A stretch of DNA of 52,859 nucleotides from Chloroflexota bacterium. GTDB taxonomy: Bacteria > Chloroflexota > Limnocylindria > Limnocylindrales > CSP1-4. The translations under genes were made by a program, and so were the position numbers. Positions 37,700 through 47,440 of the stretch are shown here, piece after piece (the stretch's first letter is position 1; each line of letters begins with the position of its first letter). Under the pieces are notes generated by a model that worked only from the letters and a program-made list of their open reading frames with translations, had not been told where the DNA came from and made no database searches. The stretch is from assembly GCA_003156975.1 (NCBI GenBank), contig PMIE01000086.1, forward strand, positions 1,416-54,274, written 5' to 3'.

Positions 37700-37709
37700 G
37701 GGAGCGCCG

Positions 37710-38177
37710 TCACGATCCGGCGGGGTTGGCCGCCAGCAGCTGCGTCACCAGTTGGCTGACAACCTTCCCGTCCGCGCGGCCGCGAGTCTTTGGGGAGAGC
37801 CAGCCCATGACCTTGCCCATGTCGCGCGGCGACGCGGCGCCGGTCTCGGCAATAGCCTCTTCGACCAGCGCCCGCAACTCAGCTTCCGAGAGAGGCAAAG
37901 GCATGAACTCGGAGACGACCGCGATTGCGGCATCTTCCTTCTCGACGAGGTCGGCCCGACCACCGGCCCGGAACGTCTCAACGGATTCGTTCCGGACTTT
38001 GAGCTCTTTGGTCAGGACGCCGAGCATCTCATCGTCCGTGAGCGCACGCCCGTGCGTCGTTTCCTTTTCGGCTTTCTGGACGGCCGCCAGCACCATGCGC
38101 AGCGCATCGCGACGCGTGGCGTCACTGGACCTCATTGCGGCCTTCAACTCTTCGTCGAGTCGATCGCGGAGGGACAC
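37710..38177 (-). CDS. yqeY: GatB/YqeY domain protein
   Basis: 155-aa protein. MSLRDRLDEELKAAMRS.D..RRDALRM and GKVMG.L are typical. It sits downstream of rpsU, as in many monoderms. Confidence 0.8.
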   Translation of the reverse strand: MSLRDRLDEELKAAMRSSDATRRDALRMVLAAVQKAEKETTHGRALTDDEMLGVLTKELKVRNESVETFRAGGRADLVEKEDAAIAVVSEFMPLPLSEAELRALVEEAIAETGAASPRDMGKVMGWLSPKTRGRADGKVVSQLVTQLLAANPAGS

Positions 38178-38250
38178 CGGTGTGGCACCTCGGGGCGGGT
38201 TGCGCGCTCAGCGTGTGAACGCGCACCCAATCGACGGCGTGACGGTCTGT

Positions 38251-38436
38251 CTAGCTCGCCTGCTGACGAGCGACCTTCTTGCGCTTCGCTTCCTTGCGCT
38301 TGCGCTTCACGCTCGGCTTCTCGTAGTGCTCGCGGCGACGGGCCTCGGCCAGGATGCCGCTCTGCTGAATCTTCTTGTTGAACCGGCGCAGAGCACTCTC
38401 GAAGCTCTCGTTCTCACCCACACGAACTTCTGCCAA
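38251..38436 (-). CDS. rpsU: 30S ribosomal protein S21
   Basis: The ORF track extends to 38511. The TTG at 38436 lies 8 nt after AAGGAGGTGA and gives (M)[21 protein letters not shown]..., the canonical S21 N-terminus, at 61 aa. Confidence 0.85.
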   Translation of the reverse strand: MAEVRVGENESFESALRRFNKKIQQSGILAEARRREHYEKPSVKRKRKEAKRKKVARQQAS

Positions 38437-38715
38437 TCCGGAAATCACCTCCTTCGGACCTGGATCGCGATCGCGGTCCGAATGCCACGCCCAGAGCGCG
38501 CACAGAACCACCCACGATCAGGGCTCGCGGAGTGTAGCCCGGGTCCCGCCGGGTTGTCTACCGACCCGATGGCGCAGGCCGCAATTCAGCCTCGCACCCG
38601 GCGCCCAAGGGCCTAGACTGGCTCGGCCGGCCCTGGGATCGGCGATGCTGTGGGCGCACTCGAGAGGTGCCGCTTCGCTACCCTGTTCGGCCCGTAGCAG
38701 CAAAGGGGAACCAGC

Positions 38716-39264
38716 ATGACCCGCTCATCTGGCAGTCGATTCTCGCCGGCACCGGCCATCGGCCTCGCCGGCTTCCTGATCGTAGCGACGCTCGCCGGTT
38801 GCACCGGTTCGCAGTCAACTGCCACGCCGACGACCGTCGCCACGGCGACGTCCACGCCCGCTCCAACCCCGACGCCGACTCCGACGCCGACGCCGACTCC
38901 GGCGCCTACTCCGACGCCGACGCCCTCTCCAACGCCTTCCCCAACGCCGTTGAAGCCGCCTGCCGCTCCCACCAACTTGAAGTCATGGGCGGTCAACGTG
39001 GCCGGCGATCCGATTGGCGGATACGTGGCCCTCCACTACTCGTGGACGAAACCCGCAGGGCAGGTCGACGGCTACTACCTCAATGCGGTGTGGTTCGATG
39101 AGGACCCGGGTCCGGCGCTCTCACCGTGCAAGTCCAGCTGGAAGAAGCTGGCGGCCTCCGTGACGACCCATCAGGAAGGGGTCCAGAACGGCACGTATCG
39201 CGTCTTCCTGTGCGCCTACAACAAGGCGGGCAAGTCGCCTACGGTCATGATCCACGAACCCTAG
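38716..39264 (+). CDS. lipoprotein with PT-linker and one fibronectin type III-like domain
   Basis: The lipobox is ATLAGC, followed by a (TP)n linker. The FN3 pattern is PTNL...W..P....DGYY.......GTYRVFLCAYNKAGKS. Confidence 0.65.
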   Translation: MTRSSGSRFSPAPAIGLAGFLIVATLAGCTGSQSTATPTTVATATSTPAPTPTPTPTPTPTPAPTPTPTPSPTPSPTPLKPPAAPTNLKSWAVNVAGDPIGGYVALHYSWTKPAGQVDGYYLNAVWFDEDPGPALSPCKSSWKKLAASVTTHQEGVQNGTYRVFLCAYNKAGKSPTVMIHEP

Positions 39265-39369
39265 GGTCGAACCGGCATTCGCTGGGGCAGCCCACAGAGG
39301 CGAAACAGTTCGGCGCGTCGGCCCGACGCGCCGAAGAAGCGGCGGCTCGGCGCGGCTCCGGCGCGCAAC

Positions 39370-40866
39370 CTAGAAGGGCACCTGGTGCCAGGTCCGGCCG
39401 CCGTCGTTCGTCACGAATACGGTGGTTCGGCCGGCACACGAGTCGGGACTCGTCTGCTGGACCTGTGGTTCGCCGGAGCGGGCGGCGGCGGATCCGCTGA
39501 TCTGGCAAGAAGCGGGTTCGTAGACCCGCAGGACGCCGCGCTGACCGTCCCACCATCGCATCGCGGTCACGTTTGAGAAGCCGGGGCCGGGCATGGCATT
39601 CCAGGTCTGGCCGCCGTCGAACGTCTCGACCAGCCGGCCTTCGGTGGCGCCCGCCGCCGAGTTGTCCATCTGGGCGATCCAGTGGTCGAGCCCGACGGCA
39701 GACATCGCCGTCAGACGATCAGGCAAGTTGAGGGAGTAGGCCAGCGACCACGTCGTGCCGTCGTCCGTGCTTTCGAACACGGCCGCCCTTTGTGTCCGGT
39801 CGCCACCGTTCTTCGGAACGAACTCCACGAAGAGCCGCATCTGACCTGGCACAGTCACAAGGGTCGTCGCGTCAAGGCTCACCTCGGACGGGTCTGTCGG
39901 CAGGCTGGCGATCTTCCATGTTCGGCCGCCGTCCAGAGTCAGCCATGTCTTGACCTCACCGAGGTGCAGCTCCGATGTCGGGGCCGAGTCGGCAGTCGAG
40001 TCGAAGCTGAAGGCGTACCCAACCGCGTTGCTCATCCACTTCGTCGGAGGCTCAAACGATCCAATGCAGGAACTGGGAGTGAGTTCGGACCAGGTGGCGC
40101 CGCCATCGTCCGTCATCGACATCTCGCATGTCTCTGTTCCACTGATGCCTCCATCGGAGATGGAAACCCAGACCTGGCCGTGGCTCGTGTCGAGGAAGTG
40201 GAACGATGCGTTCGCGAACTCGCCCACACCTGGCGTAACCGAACCAACCGATGCAGGGTTCCATGTACCCCCGCCGTCGCTCGTCCGATAGACGCCGATC
40301 TCGGTCGCGGCTCCCTCGGTGATTCTCAACGCCCAGCCGTGCGAGGCATCAGCGAAGTCGGCCTGGTAATACGGGGCCTCGTACGGCATCTGGCGCGGTT
40401 CCGACCACGTGACACCGCTGTCGAGCGAGACCCGTAGGCCCTCGTTCTTGGCGTAGGTGAAGATGCCTCCGTCGGCGGTGACGTCCAGCAAATCGACATC
40501 TGCGGCACCCGCGGACGCCGGACGAAGCGGGAACGTGGGTCCGGACGTAACCGCCGGGTCCACGGCCCGGACCGGCCCTACGGTCGGTGCCGATCCCGTT
40601 CCGGCGCCACTGCTCCGGCTCATCCATACGAATGTAGCGGCGACCAGCGCGACGACCAACGCCGTCGATCCCAGTCCCAAGGCAAGACCGCCAAGGCCGC
40701 TCAGAAATCGGAAGCTGGGCCGCCGGCTGCTCCCGACGCTCGCTTGCTCCGACATTCGCTCCACCCTCTCGCGCAAGTACTCAGGGGCGACCGGCGGCAC
40801 GATGGTTCGGTGCAGCTCCGCGCGGAGTTCGGTTTCCAGGTCGCGATCGAAATCGATGTCTTTCAT
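39370..40866 (-). CDS. putative anti-sigma factor: short cytoplasmic N-domain, one TM, extracytoplasmic BNR/Ycf48-like propeller
   Basis: The ATG overlaps the sigma-factor stop as ATGA. The TM is LGGLALGLGSTALVVALVAATFVW. There are seven (S/T).DGG.TW boxes: SLDSGVTW, TSDGGGTW, TDDGGATW, TLDGGRTW, STDDGTTW, TFDGGQTW and TNDGGRTW. Confidence 0.6.
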   Translation of the reverse strand: MKDIDFDRDLETELRAELHRTIVPPVAPEYLRERVERMSEQASVGSSRRPSFRFLSGLGGLALGLGSTALVVALVAATFVWMSRSSGAGTGSAPTVGPVRAVDPAVTSGPTFPLRPASAGAADVDLLDVTADGGIFTYAKNEGLRVSLDSGVTWSEPRQMPYEAPYYQADFADASHGWALRITEGAATEIGVYRTSDGGGTWNPASVGSVTPGVGEFANASFHFLDTSHGQVWVSISDGGISGTETCEMSMTDDGGATWSELTPSSCIGSFEPPTKWMSNAVGYAFSFDSTADSAPTSELHLGEVKTWLTLDGGRTWKIASLPTDPSEVSLDATTLVTVPGQMRLFVEFVPKNGGDRTQRAAVFESTDDGTTWSLAYSLNLPDRLTAMSAVGLDHWIAQMDNSAAGATEGRLVETFDGGQTWNAMPGPGFSNVTAMRWWDGQRGVLRVYEPASCQISGSAAARSGEPQVQQTSPDSCAGRTTVFVTNDGGRTWHQVPF

Positions 40867-41441
40867 CGGGCATCCTCCAGCCGCGGCCGCATGGACCGAA
40901 GCGCATAGTGGAGGCGGGACTTGACGGTGCCCGAGGGCACGTCAAGCCGGGCAGCGATCTCATCCACGCTGAGATCCGCCCAGTAGCGCAGGATCACCAC
41001 GATCCTGTGGTCGGCGTCGAGGCGAGTGACGGCGCGTGAGATAGCGTCGCTGGCGGAGACATGTCCGCTGGCGTCGGCGACCGCCGGCTCGCCCAATTCC
41101 GTCAACGGCCGTATGCGCTCACGAGCACGCCTCCGCAGCCGCAAGCGACATTCGTTGACGAGGATTCGACCGAACCAGGCATCGAAGCGGTCCGGGTCGC
41201 GCAAGCTCCGGCGATTGCGCCAGGCCGACGCGAAGGCTTCCTGTGTGGCGTCGTCGGCATCTCCTGAGTCGCCGAGAATCGCCCAAGCGAGCCGGTAGGC
41301 GGAGTCGATGTGGCGCCGAGTCAGCGCGGCAAACGAGTCGTCGCCGGTTTCGGTCGCCACTAATCTCCTCCACTCAATCACTGCGGGTGCGGTTGTTCGC
41401 TCCATGACATATACGAGTACCGGGACTCGCCGTTCGTTCAT
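40863..41441 (-). CDS. ECF-type RNA polymerase sigma factor
   Basis: Region 2 is DDATQEAFASAWRN...FDAWFGRILVNEC. Region 4 is LSVDEIAARLDVPSGTVKSRLHYA. The start is uncertain: ATGs lie at 41477, 41441 and 41405. Confidence 0.8.
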   Translation of the reverse strand: MNERRVPVLVYVMERTTAPAVIEWRRLVATETGDDSFAALTRRHIDSAYRLAWAILGDSGDADDATQEAFASAWRNRRSLRDPDRFDAWFGRILVNECRLRLRRRARERIRPLTELGEPAVADASGHVSASDAISRAVTRLDADHRIVVILRYWADLSVDEIAARLDVPSGTVKSRLHYALRSMRPRLEDAR

Positions 41442-41488
41442 CCGATCTTGGCCCAGGAAGGACCTCGGCTCGGGCATTCGCTACGATT

Positions 41489-43213
41489 GTGCCGATGGAA
41501 CGATTGAACAGCCTGCTCGACATCATCGACCAGGGCGAGAGCCGCTACGGCGATCGCTTTGCCTACAGCATGCGCGGCAACAGCGGATCGACAGAACGCT
41601 GGACGTACCGGGAGCTCAACCGGCGCAGCCGGATCATCGCCTGGCGTCTGCGACAGCTCGGGCTGAACGCCGGTGATCGGCTGCTGGTCTGGGCGCCGTC
41701 CAGCCCGGCCGTGCCCGCCCTCTACTTCGGCGCAATGCGGGCGGGCGTGGCGCTGGTGCCTCTGGATCTGCGGATGTCACCCGGGGCGATCGTGCGGATC
41801 GTGGCTCGGGCAGATGCGGGCCACTTGATCCTCGGCACCGGCCGCGACACGCCGGACCCTGCCGATGCCGGCCTGGAGCACTTCCCGTCGTCGGTGGTCG
41901 AGCGCCTCGCCGAAGATCCGGATGAGACCTTCCCCGTCGACTGGGAGGCTCAGGTGAATGCCTGGCCCCGGCCTCAGGGTAGCGATGTAGCGGAGATCAT
42001 CTTCACGTCGGGGACGACCGGCGAGCCAAAGGGCGTCGTCCTGACTCACGCCAACTTCATCGGCACCGTCGATGTTGCTCATGCCGTGCTGCCGGAACAA
42101 GAGCATCGCGCCGTATCGCTCCTTCCGCTGTCACACCTGCTCGAGCAGGTGACCCTGATCTTCTATGCCATGACCGTCGGCGCCCATGTCCTCTATGTGC
42201 GGAGCCGCAATCCGAGAGTCATATTCGAGGCGATCCGCGACCACCGCACGACGACGCTGGTTGTCGTGCCTCAGATAATCGATCTCTTCTGGGCGGCCAT
42301 CGAACGGGAGGTGGCATCCGGCGGGAAGCAGGGCCTCTTCGCTCGATCGCGCCAGCTGGGACGGCGGCTGCCCTACCCGCTTCGGCGGCGGCTCTTCACC
42401 CAGGTCCATCGCCAGCTCGGTGGCTCTCTGGGTCTGATCGTGTCCGCGGCCGCTTTCCTGCCGCCCGCTCTGCAGCAGTCCTGGGAAGACCTCGGTGTGG
42501 TCGTCATGCAGGGCTACGGAGCGACGGAATGCGGTGTCACTTCCGTGACGAGCCGGGAGGATCACGGTCTGGGCACGGTCGGGCGAACCATTCCGCCCAT
42601 CAACGTGAAACTCGCCGGCGATGGGGAGGTCCTCGTTTCGGGGCCTACGGTCTTCAGTGGCTACTGGCGCGACCCGGTCGGGACGGCCGCCGCATTCACG
42701 CCGGACGGGTGGTACCGGACGGGCGACATCGGGCGGCACGACGACGAGGGCCACCTGATTCTGATGGGCCGCAAGAAGGACATCATCGTCCTGCCCAACG
42801 GCCTCAACGTCTACCCGGAGGACGTCGAGAACGCGATCAGAACTGCCGGCCTGCGCGATGCCGTCGTCGTTGAAACGATTCCCGGTCGGATCGAAGCCGT
42901 GGTCCTGGCCCCCGGAGCGCCGGTTCTGCCTCAGCCGAACGAGCCGGCCGACGCAACGCGCGCCCCCGAGCTGGAGGATCCGCTCCGAGTGCGAGGCGAG
43001 ATCGACGCCGCGATCAAGGCCGCAAACCAGACGCTGGCCGTGCATCAGCGAGTGGCTGCCTGGCGGCTGTGGTCGGACGCCGATTTCCCGCGCACTCACA
43101 CCTACAAGGTGCAGCGGGACCGCGTCCGTGCCTGGGCGGTCATCGAGGAACCGCTCCCCGTTCGCGAGGAAGGCCACTCTCTTGCGGGCGACGACCGGAT
43201 TGGCAAGTCGTAG
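41489..43213 (+). CDS. AMP-dependent acyl-CoA synthetase/ligase (long-chain fatty acid--CoA ligase-like)
   Basis: The AMP-binding motif is IIFTSGTTGEPKGVVLTH, and YRTGDIG....GHL...GRKKD is also present. The start is GTG at 41489 or ATG at 41495. Confidence 0.85.
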   Translation: MPMERLNSLLDIIDQGESRYGDRFAYSMRGNSGSTERWTYRELNRRSRIIAWRLRQLGLNAGDRLLVWAPSSPAVPALYFGAMRAGVALVPLDLRMSPGAIVRIVARADAGHLILGTGRDTPDPADAGLEHFPSSVVERLAEDPDETFPVDWEAQVNAWPRPQGSDVAEIIFTSGTTGEPKGVVLTHANFIGTVDVAHAVLPEQEHRAVSLLPLSHLLEQVTLIFYAMTVGAHVLYVRSRNPRVIFEAIRDHRTTTLVVVPQIIDLFWAAIEREVASGGKQGLFARSRQLGRRLPYPLRRRLFTQVHRQLGGSLGLIVSAAAFLPPALQQSWEDLGVVVMQGYGATECGVTSVTSREDHGLGTVGRTIPPINVKLAGDGEVLVSGPTVFSGYWRDPVGTAAAFTPDGWYRTGDIGRHDDEGHLILMGRKKDIIVLPNGLNVYPEDVENAIRTAGLRDAVVVETIPGRIEAVVLAPGAPVLPQPNEPADATRAPELEDPLRVRGEIDAAIKAANQTLAVHQRVAAWRLWSDADFPRTHTYKVQRDRVRAWAVIEEPLPVREEGHSLAGDDRIGKS

Positions 43214-43221
43214 GGGCCTGA

Positions 43222-43569
43222 TCAGCCGGGAGGCCAGGCCATGCGCCGGCCACCGAGCATGTGGACGTGCAGGTGATCCACGGTCTGACCGCCGTTGCGG
43301 CCGACGTTGACGACGAGCCTGTAGCCGTCCTCGGCGATCCCTTCGCGCTTCGCCACCTCCGCGCCGACCGCGAAGATCTTGCCCATCAGATCGTGATCTG
43401 CCTTTGTAAGGTCGGCGGGCGAAGCAACGTGCTTCCGCGCCAGCAGGAGGATGTGGGTAGGAGCCTGGGGCGAGATGTCTCGGATCGCAAACACCGAGTC
43501 ATCGGCATAGACCTGGCTGGAAGGCAGCTCGCCGGCGACGATGCGGCAGAACAGACAGTCGGACGACAT
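43222..43569 (-). CDS. HIT family (histidine triad) protein
   Basis: Only the last 115 aa of ORF 43222..44193 look real. That part runs MSSDCLFCRIVAGELP...HLHVHMLGG and contains the HxHxHxx motif. The ATG is at 43569. Confidence 0.85.
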   Translation of the reverse strand: MSSDCLFCRIVAGELPSSQVYADDSVFAIRDISPQAPTHILLLARKHVASPADLTKADHDLMGKIFAVGAEVAKREGIAEDGYRLVVNVGRNGGQTVDHLHVHMLGGRRMAWPPG

Positions 43570-43695
43570 GGCGCTCCCCGGTGATCTGAGTCGGCGATGG
43601 TAGCCGCGTCGATCTTGCAACTTGCCGGCCGATTTCGCCAGTAAGATTACTGGGTGGGCCATGGCGGAAGAGCGCAACGAGGGAGAGCCACGAAG

Positions 43696-45174
43696 ATGAA
43701 CTCGGCAGCCGCGAAGCCGAATAGACGGATCCGGCTTCTGGCAGCCATCGGTTTGGTTGCCATATTGGGCAGCGCGGCGGTTGGTTCGGTCGCTGTGGCG
43801 ACGCTCAGGACTGCGCGGGCCGGAGCTGCGACCACGTCGGAACCTTCCGATACGCCTACGGCCGCGCCGTCGGATACGCCGATCTCGACGCCGTCGGATA
43901 CACCGATCCCAACGCCGTCGGACACGCCCACCCCGGCCCCTCCCTCCCCTTCTGCGTCTCCCACTGCGAAGCCTGCGCCGAGCGTGCACGAGTACTTCGT
44001 GGCAAATGGGACCGAGCCCGCCACGGCCGCCGATCCTTTCCACCCGGGGGTGGTGGCCGTGGCTTCCGAGAACATCACGTGGCATTCGGTGACCTCCGGC
44101 TGCAGCCGACCTGTCGTTCGCATTTCTCGCGACAACGGCGCCAACTGGGGAGCGGCTTCCTTCCCCTGGGGATGGCAATGCCAGGACATCCATGCGGTTC
44201 TGGCATGGGGCCCAAACGGACGCCTTTGGGCAGGCAACGCGGTCGGCTCAGGCGGCGGAGTCGCAATGTCCATGACCTACAGCGACGACCTCGGGAAAAG
44301 CTGGTCGAAGCGCTTCCTGGAGCACTTCAACCCACCCTGGGTCGGCTGCTTCCCGGCGATCACCGTGGACGATTGGCCCAACAGCCCCAACTACGGAACG
44401 GTCTACGTGGCCTACAACTGGCTCCGCAACAAATACGGTCCAGGCGTAAGCCTGATGGCCTCGAAGGATGGCTCCAACTGGGTTCATACCGAGGTTCCCC
44501 TGGATCCCGGGACGGCCACCTATCCGTACGCCTGGCGCATTGGTTATCGCATCGAGGCCGCCCCAGACGGCACGGCAGTCGTCTCCTTCTATCAGGCAAC
44601 CCTCAAGTACTGGAGCACCGCCCACATATTCGACGAGGGTTCCGGCAACAACATAGGGCGTCGAGGCTACGAGACTTCACTCGTCCACTTCGATGGGAAG
44701 AAGCTGACGGCAGACCGGCCGTTGTGGGCGGCGGACGTCGACCATGACACGGCCCGGTGGCAATCGGGGCTGGCTGTCGACGACGCCGGACACGCATGGT
44801 TGGCGGTGGAGACCCGCGGCAAGGTCCGCCTGGGGCAGGTTGGCGGCGCATGGCGCGACATCTCGGTTCCGGGCAAGTACAGCTTCAAGCCATCGGTTGC
44901 CCTGAGCGGACGGACCATCTTCGTCGGCTGGCACGCTCGAGACAATTCCGGCCACGTCTACACCTACTACACGCTCAGCTACGACGGTGGCGAGACCTTC
45001 CTGCCGCCCGCCCTCGTGAACAAGGCGTGGTGGAGCCTGAGGGCCGCCGACAACGCCGCGATGAACGGCGTCGGCCTGCGCGAGAATGCCGACTTCGCCA
45101 ACGGAATGATCTACTACACGTACGGCGACTACAGGTCCGGCACGGGCGTGTATATGGCTCAGATACGGCCGTGA
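43696..45174 (+). CDS. secreted BNR/sialidase-fold protein with PSDTP repeat linker
   Basis: ORF track gives 43654..45174. An ATG lies at 43696. The signal anchor is RIRLLAAIGLVAILGSAAVGSVAVA. Asp-boxes are SRDNGANW, YSDDLGKSW, SKDGSNW and SYDGGETF. Confidence 0.7.
   Translation: MNSAAAKPNRRIRLLAAIGLVAILGSAAVGSVAVATLRTARAGAATTSEPSDTPTAAPSDTPISTPSDTPIPTPSDTPTPAPPSPSASPTAKPAPSVHEYFVANGTEPATAADPFHPGVVAVASENITWHSVTSGCSRPVVRISRDNGANWGAASFPWGWQCQDIHAVLAWGPNGRLWAGNAVGSGGGVAMSMTYSDDLGKSWSKRFLEHFNPPWVGCFPAITVDDWPNSPNYGTVYVAYNWLRNKYGPGVSLMASKDGSNWVHTEVPLDPGTATYPYAWRIGYRIEAAPDGTAVVSFYQATLKYWSTAHIFDEGSGNNIGRRGYETSLVHFDGKKLTADRPLWAADVDHDTARWQSGLAVDDAGHAWLAVETRGKVRLGQVGGAWRDISVPGKYSFKPSVALSGRTIFVGWHARDNSGHVYTYYTLSYDGGETFLPPALVNKAWWSLRAADNAAMNGVGLRENADFANGMIYYTYGDYRSGTGVYMAQIRP
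43843..43938. repeat. four tandem 24-nt units encoding PSDTPxxx
   Basis: Units start at 43843, 43867, 43891 and 43915, in frame in CDS 43696..45174. Confidence 0.85.
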
Positions 45175-45220
45175 GGTTTGGGTCGGTGGCGGGCGACCGG
45201 AGATCAGCGGAGCCCGAAAC

Positions 45221-46273
45221 CTAGACCGCGATCGCCTCCAGCGCGACCCAGTCTTCCTCGGCCCAGCGACGGCCGAGTTGCAGACCGGCGCCTTCGAAGG
45301 CGGCCCGCACGTCGCCTTCGCGGTCGCGGAAGATCCCCGACGCGAGGATCCGACCACCGAGCGCGAGCTCGCCGCGGAGCGGCCCGGCCAGCTGGACCAG
45401 CAGCGAGGCGATCAGGTTGGCCAGAACCAGATCGAACGGGCCCTCGCCGGAGGGAACGCTGCCCTGGCGAACTCGAAGCCGGCGGGTCTGGCTGTTGAGA
45501 CGGGCATTTGCCGTGGTGGACTCGACCGCGATCGGGTCCGTGTCCACTCCGAGGAGATCACCGGCACCCAGCTTTGCTGCGGCAATCGCCAGGATGCCGG
45601 ACCCACAGCCAACGTCGATGACTCGAGCGGCGCCACCGCGCCCCGAGCCCGTTGCCAGGCGCCCCTCATCTGCGAGGGTCTCGAGGGCCGCAAGACACAG
45701 GCGCGTGGTGGGATGCAGCCCCGTCCCGAAGGCCATGCCCGGATCGAGCGACAGAACCACGTCCCCCGGCTGGTGATGGTGGCGTCGCCACGTGGGGCGG
45801 ATGACGAGCCGGCGCCCGACCCTGAGCACCGGGAAGTGGCTCTTCCACGCCTCGGCCCAGTCATCCTCGCGGACGGTGCGGATCTGGAGATCACCGATGG
45901 GCCGCAACCCAAATGCCTGGAGATGGCCCAGCGCGGCGGTGGCGTCGGCGATTGCGGTTTCGACCGCGGCCGGGTCGATCCCCGGGAGGTAGGCCCGCAC
46001 GATCGCCGGCTTGGTTGGATCGATGACGGCACCGAGACCTTCGTCGGTAAGCCCGAAGCCGGGTTCGACGCTCGTCCCGCCGGGGGCGAAGCGGGTGAGT
46101 ATCTCGCTCACGGCCTCGACGGCCTCAATGTCGGCCGCGACGGACAACTCGACCCAGATGCCGGGGCCGAGCGGCCCAAGCGGCCCGAGCGGCCCGAGCG
46201 GCCCAAGCGGCCCGAGCGGCCCCAGGTCGTTCGGCGCGCCCGCTGTGACTTCGGCCCCGCTATTCGAGGGCAT
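45221..46273 (-). CDS. prmA: ribosomal protein L11 methyltransferase
   Basis: Features are the SAM motif [32 protein letters not shown], and a position after dnaJ. The ATG at 46273 overlaps the dnaJ 3' end by 14 nt. The N-terminus contains a (LGP)n repeat. Confidence 0.85.
   Translation of the reverse strand: MPSNSGAEVTAGAPNDLGPLGPLGPLGPLGPLGPLGPGIWVELSVAADIEAVEAVSEILTRFAPGGTSVEPGFGLTDEGLGAVIDPTKPAIVRAYLPGIDPAAVETAIADATAALGHLQAFGLRPIGDLQIRTVREDDWAEAWKSHFPVLRVGRRLVIRPTWRRHHHQPGDVVLSLDPGMAFGTGLHPTTRLCLAALETLADEGRLATGSGRGGAARVIDVGCGSGILAIAAAKLGAGDLLGVDTDPIAVESTTANARLNSQTRRLRVRQGSVPSGEGPFDLVLANLIASLLVQLAGPLRGELALGGRILASGIFRDREGDVRAAFEGAGLQLGRRWAEEDWVALEAIAV
46164..46226. repeat. 9-nt tandem repeat GGCCCRAGC (5 clean plus 2 degenerate units)
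   Basis: Clean units lie at 46173, 46182, 46191, 46200 and 46209. In the prmA frame they encode [19 protein letters not shown]. Confidence 0.9.
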
Positions 46274-47384
46274 CTTTCATCCGATCGAGGAATCCGGCAC
46301 CCAGGACAACCTCACCGCTCTCGGCCGCTAGCTCCTCGAGCAGCTGGCGCTGCCGTTTGGAGAGCTTGGTCGGAACGTTCACGTGGGCCAGTACGTGGAG
46401 GTCGCCGCGCACTCCCGACCGGCGCAGGTGCGGGACGCCGCGACTCCGCAGCCGGATCTCCGTGCCGGGCTGGGTTCCCGGCCGGATCTCGAGATCTTCG
46501 TCGCCTTCGATGGTTGGGATGCGAAGCCGAGTACCCAGGGCGGCCTGGACGATGGAGAGCTGCAGGTCGAAGTAGATCTCGGTTCCGTCGCGGCGCAAGA
46601 GCGGGTGCGGCGTGACGTGGACTGCAACGTACAGATTGCCCGTGGGACCGCCGCGCGGCCCGGCCTCACCCTCGCCGGAGAGCCTGATCTGATGACCCTC
46701 GTCGATGCCGGCCGGCACGGTAACGCGGATCTTCTTGCGTCGCGAAAGGCGTCCATCGCCCTTGCACGCCCGGCAGGGCGAGTCGATGACGCGGCCTTCG
46801 CCGTTGCAGCGCGTGCAGGCCGTGACGTTGACCATCTGCCCGAGGATGGTCTGTCGGACGCTGCGGACCTCGCCCCGGCCTGCGCATGCGGCGCACGTCT
46901 GCGGCACGCTCCCAGGCGTGGCCCCGCTCCCGGCGCACGTACCGCACTTGTCCAGCAGATCGAACTCGATCTCCTTCTCTATGCCGCGAACGGCCTCGTC
47001 AAAGGAGATGCGCAGGTCGTAGCGCAGGTCCGAGCCGGACTGGCGACGGTTGCGCCGGGCTCCGGGCTGGTTGCCGCCCATTCCGGCGAAGAAGGCATCG
47101 AACAGGTCTCCGAAGCCGCCGAACCCCTCGCCGAAGGGCGATCCCGCGCCTCCCATGTCGCCCAATCCGGCTTTCCCGACCATGTCGTAGACCTGGCGCC
47201 GCTTCGGATCGGACAGGACCTGATAGGCCTCGTTGATCTCCTTGAACCGCTCCACCGCCTCGGTCTCGGTGTTGACATCGGGGTGCCACTGCTGGGCGAG
47301 CTTGCGGAAGGCGCGCTTGATGTCGGCGTCGGATGCATCGCGCTCCACGCCGAGTAGCTCGTAGTAGCTTCGTTCGGTAGCCAT
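46260..47384 (-). CDS. dnaJ: molecular chaperone DnaJ
   Basis: The ORF track extends to 47597. The ATG at 47384 gives [13 protein letters not shown]....KRAFRKLA...HPD (J domain). A G/F region and four CxxCxGxG zinc motifs follow. Confidence 0.95.
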   Translation of the reverse strand: MATERSYYELLGVERDASDADIKRAFRKLAQQWHPDVNTETEAVERFKEINEAYQVLSDPKRRQVYDMVGKAGLGDMGGAGSPFGEGFGGFGDLFDAFFAGMGGNQPGARRNRRQSGSDLRYDLRISFDEAVRGIEKEIEFDLLDKCGTCAGSGATPGSVPQTCAACAGRGEVRSVRQTILGQMVNVTACTRCNGEGRVIDSPCRACKGDGRLSRRKKIRVTVPAGIDEGHQIRLSGEGEAGPRGGPTGNLYVAVHVTPHPLLRRDGTEIYFDLQLSIVQAALGTRLRIPTIEGDEDLEIRPGTQPGTEIRLRSRGVPHLRRSGVRGDLHVLAHVNVPTKLSKRQRQLLEELAAESGEVVLGAGFLDRMKDALE

Positions 47385-47440
47385 CTGGTGAGAAGGATAC
47401 GAGACGGCCGGGTTCGGCACGTTCCCACGTCCCTTGTCCC

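Noticed and set aside
43570-44193. N-terminal extensions of ORFs in the track: HIT protein to 44193, ybeY to 35678, dnaJ to 47597, both permeases to 48685 and 49437, and rpsU to 38511.
   Set aside because: The extensions are Arg/Pro/Gly-rich and overlap neighbouring real genes. Internal starts with SD sequences reproduce the canonical N-termini.
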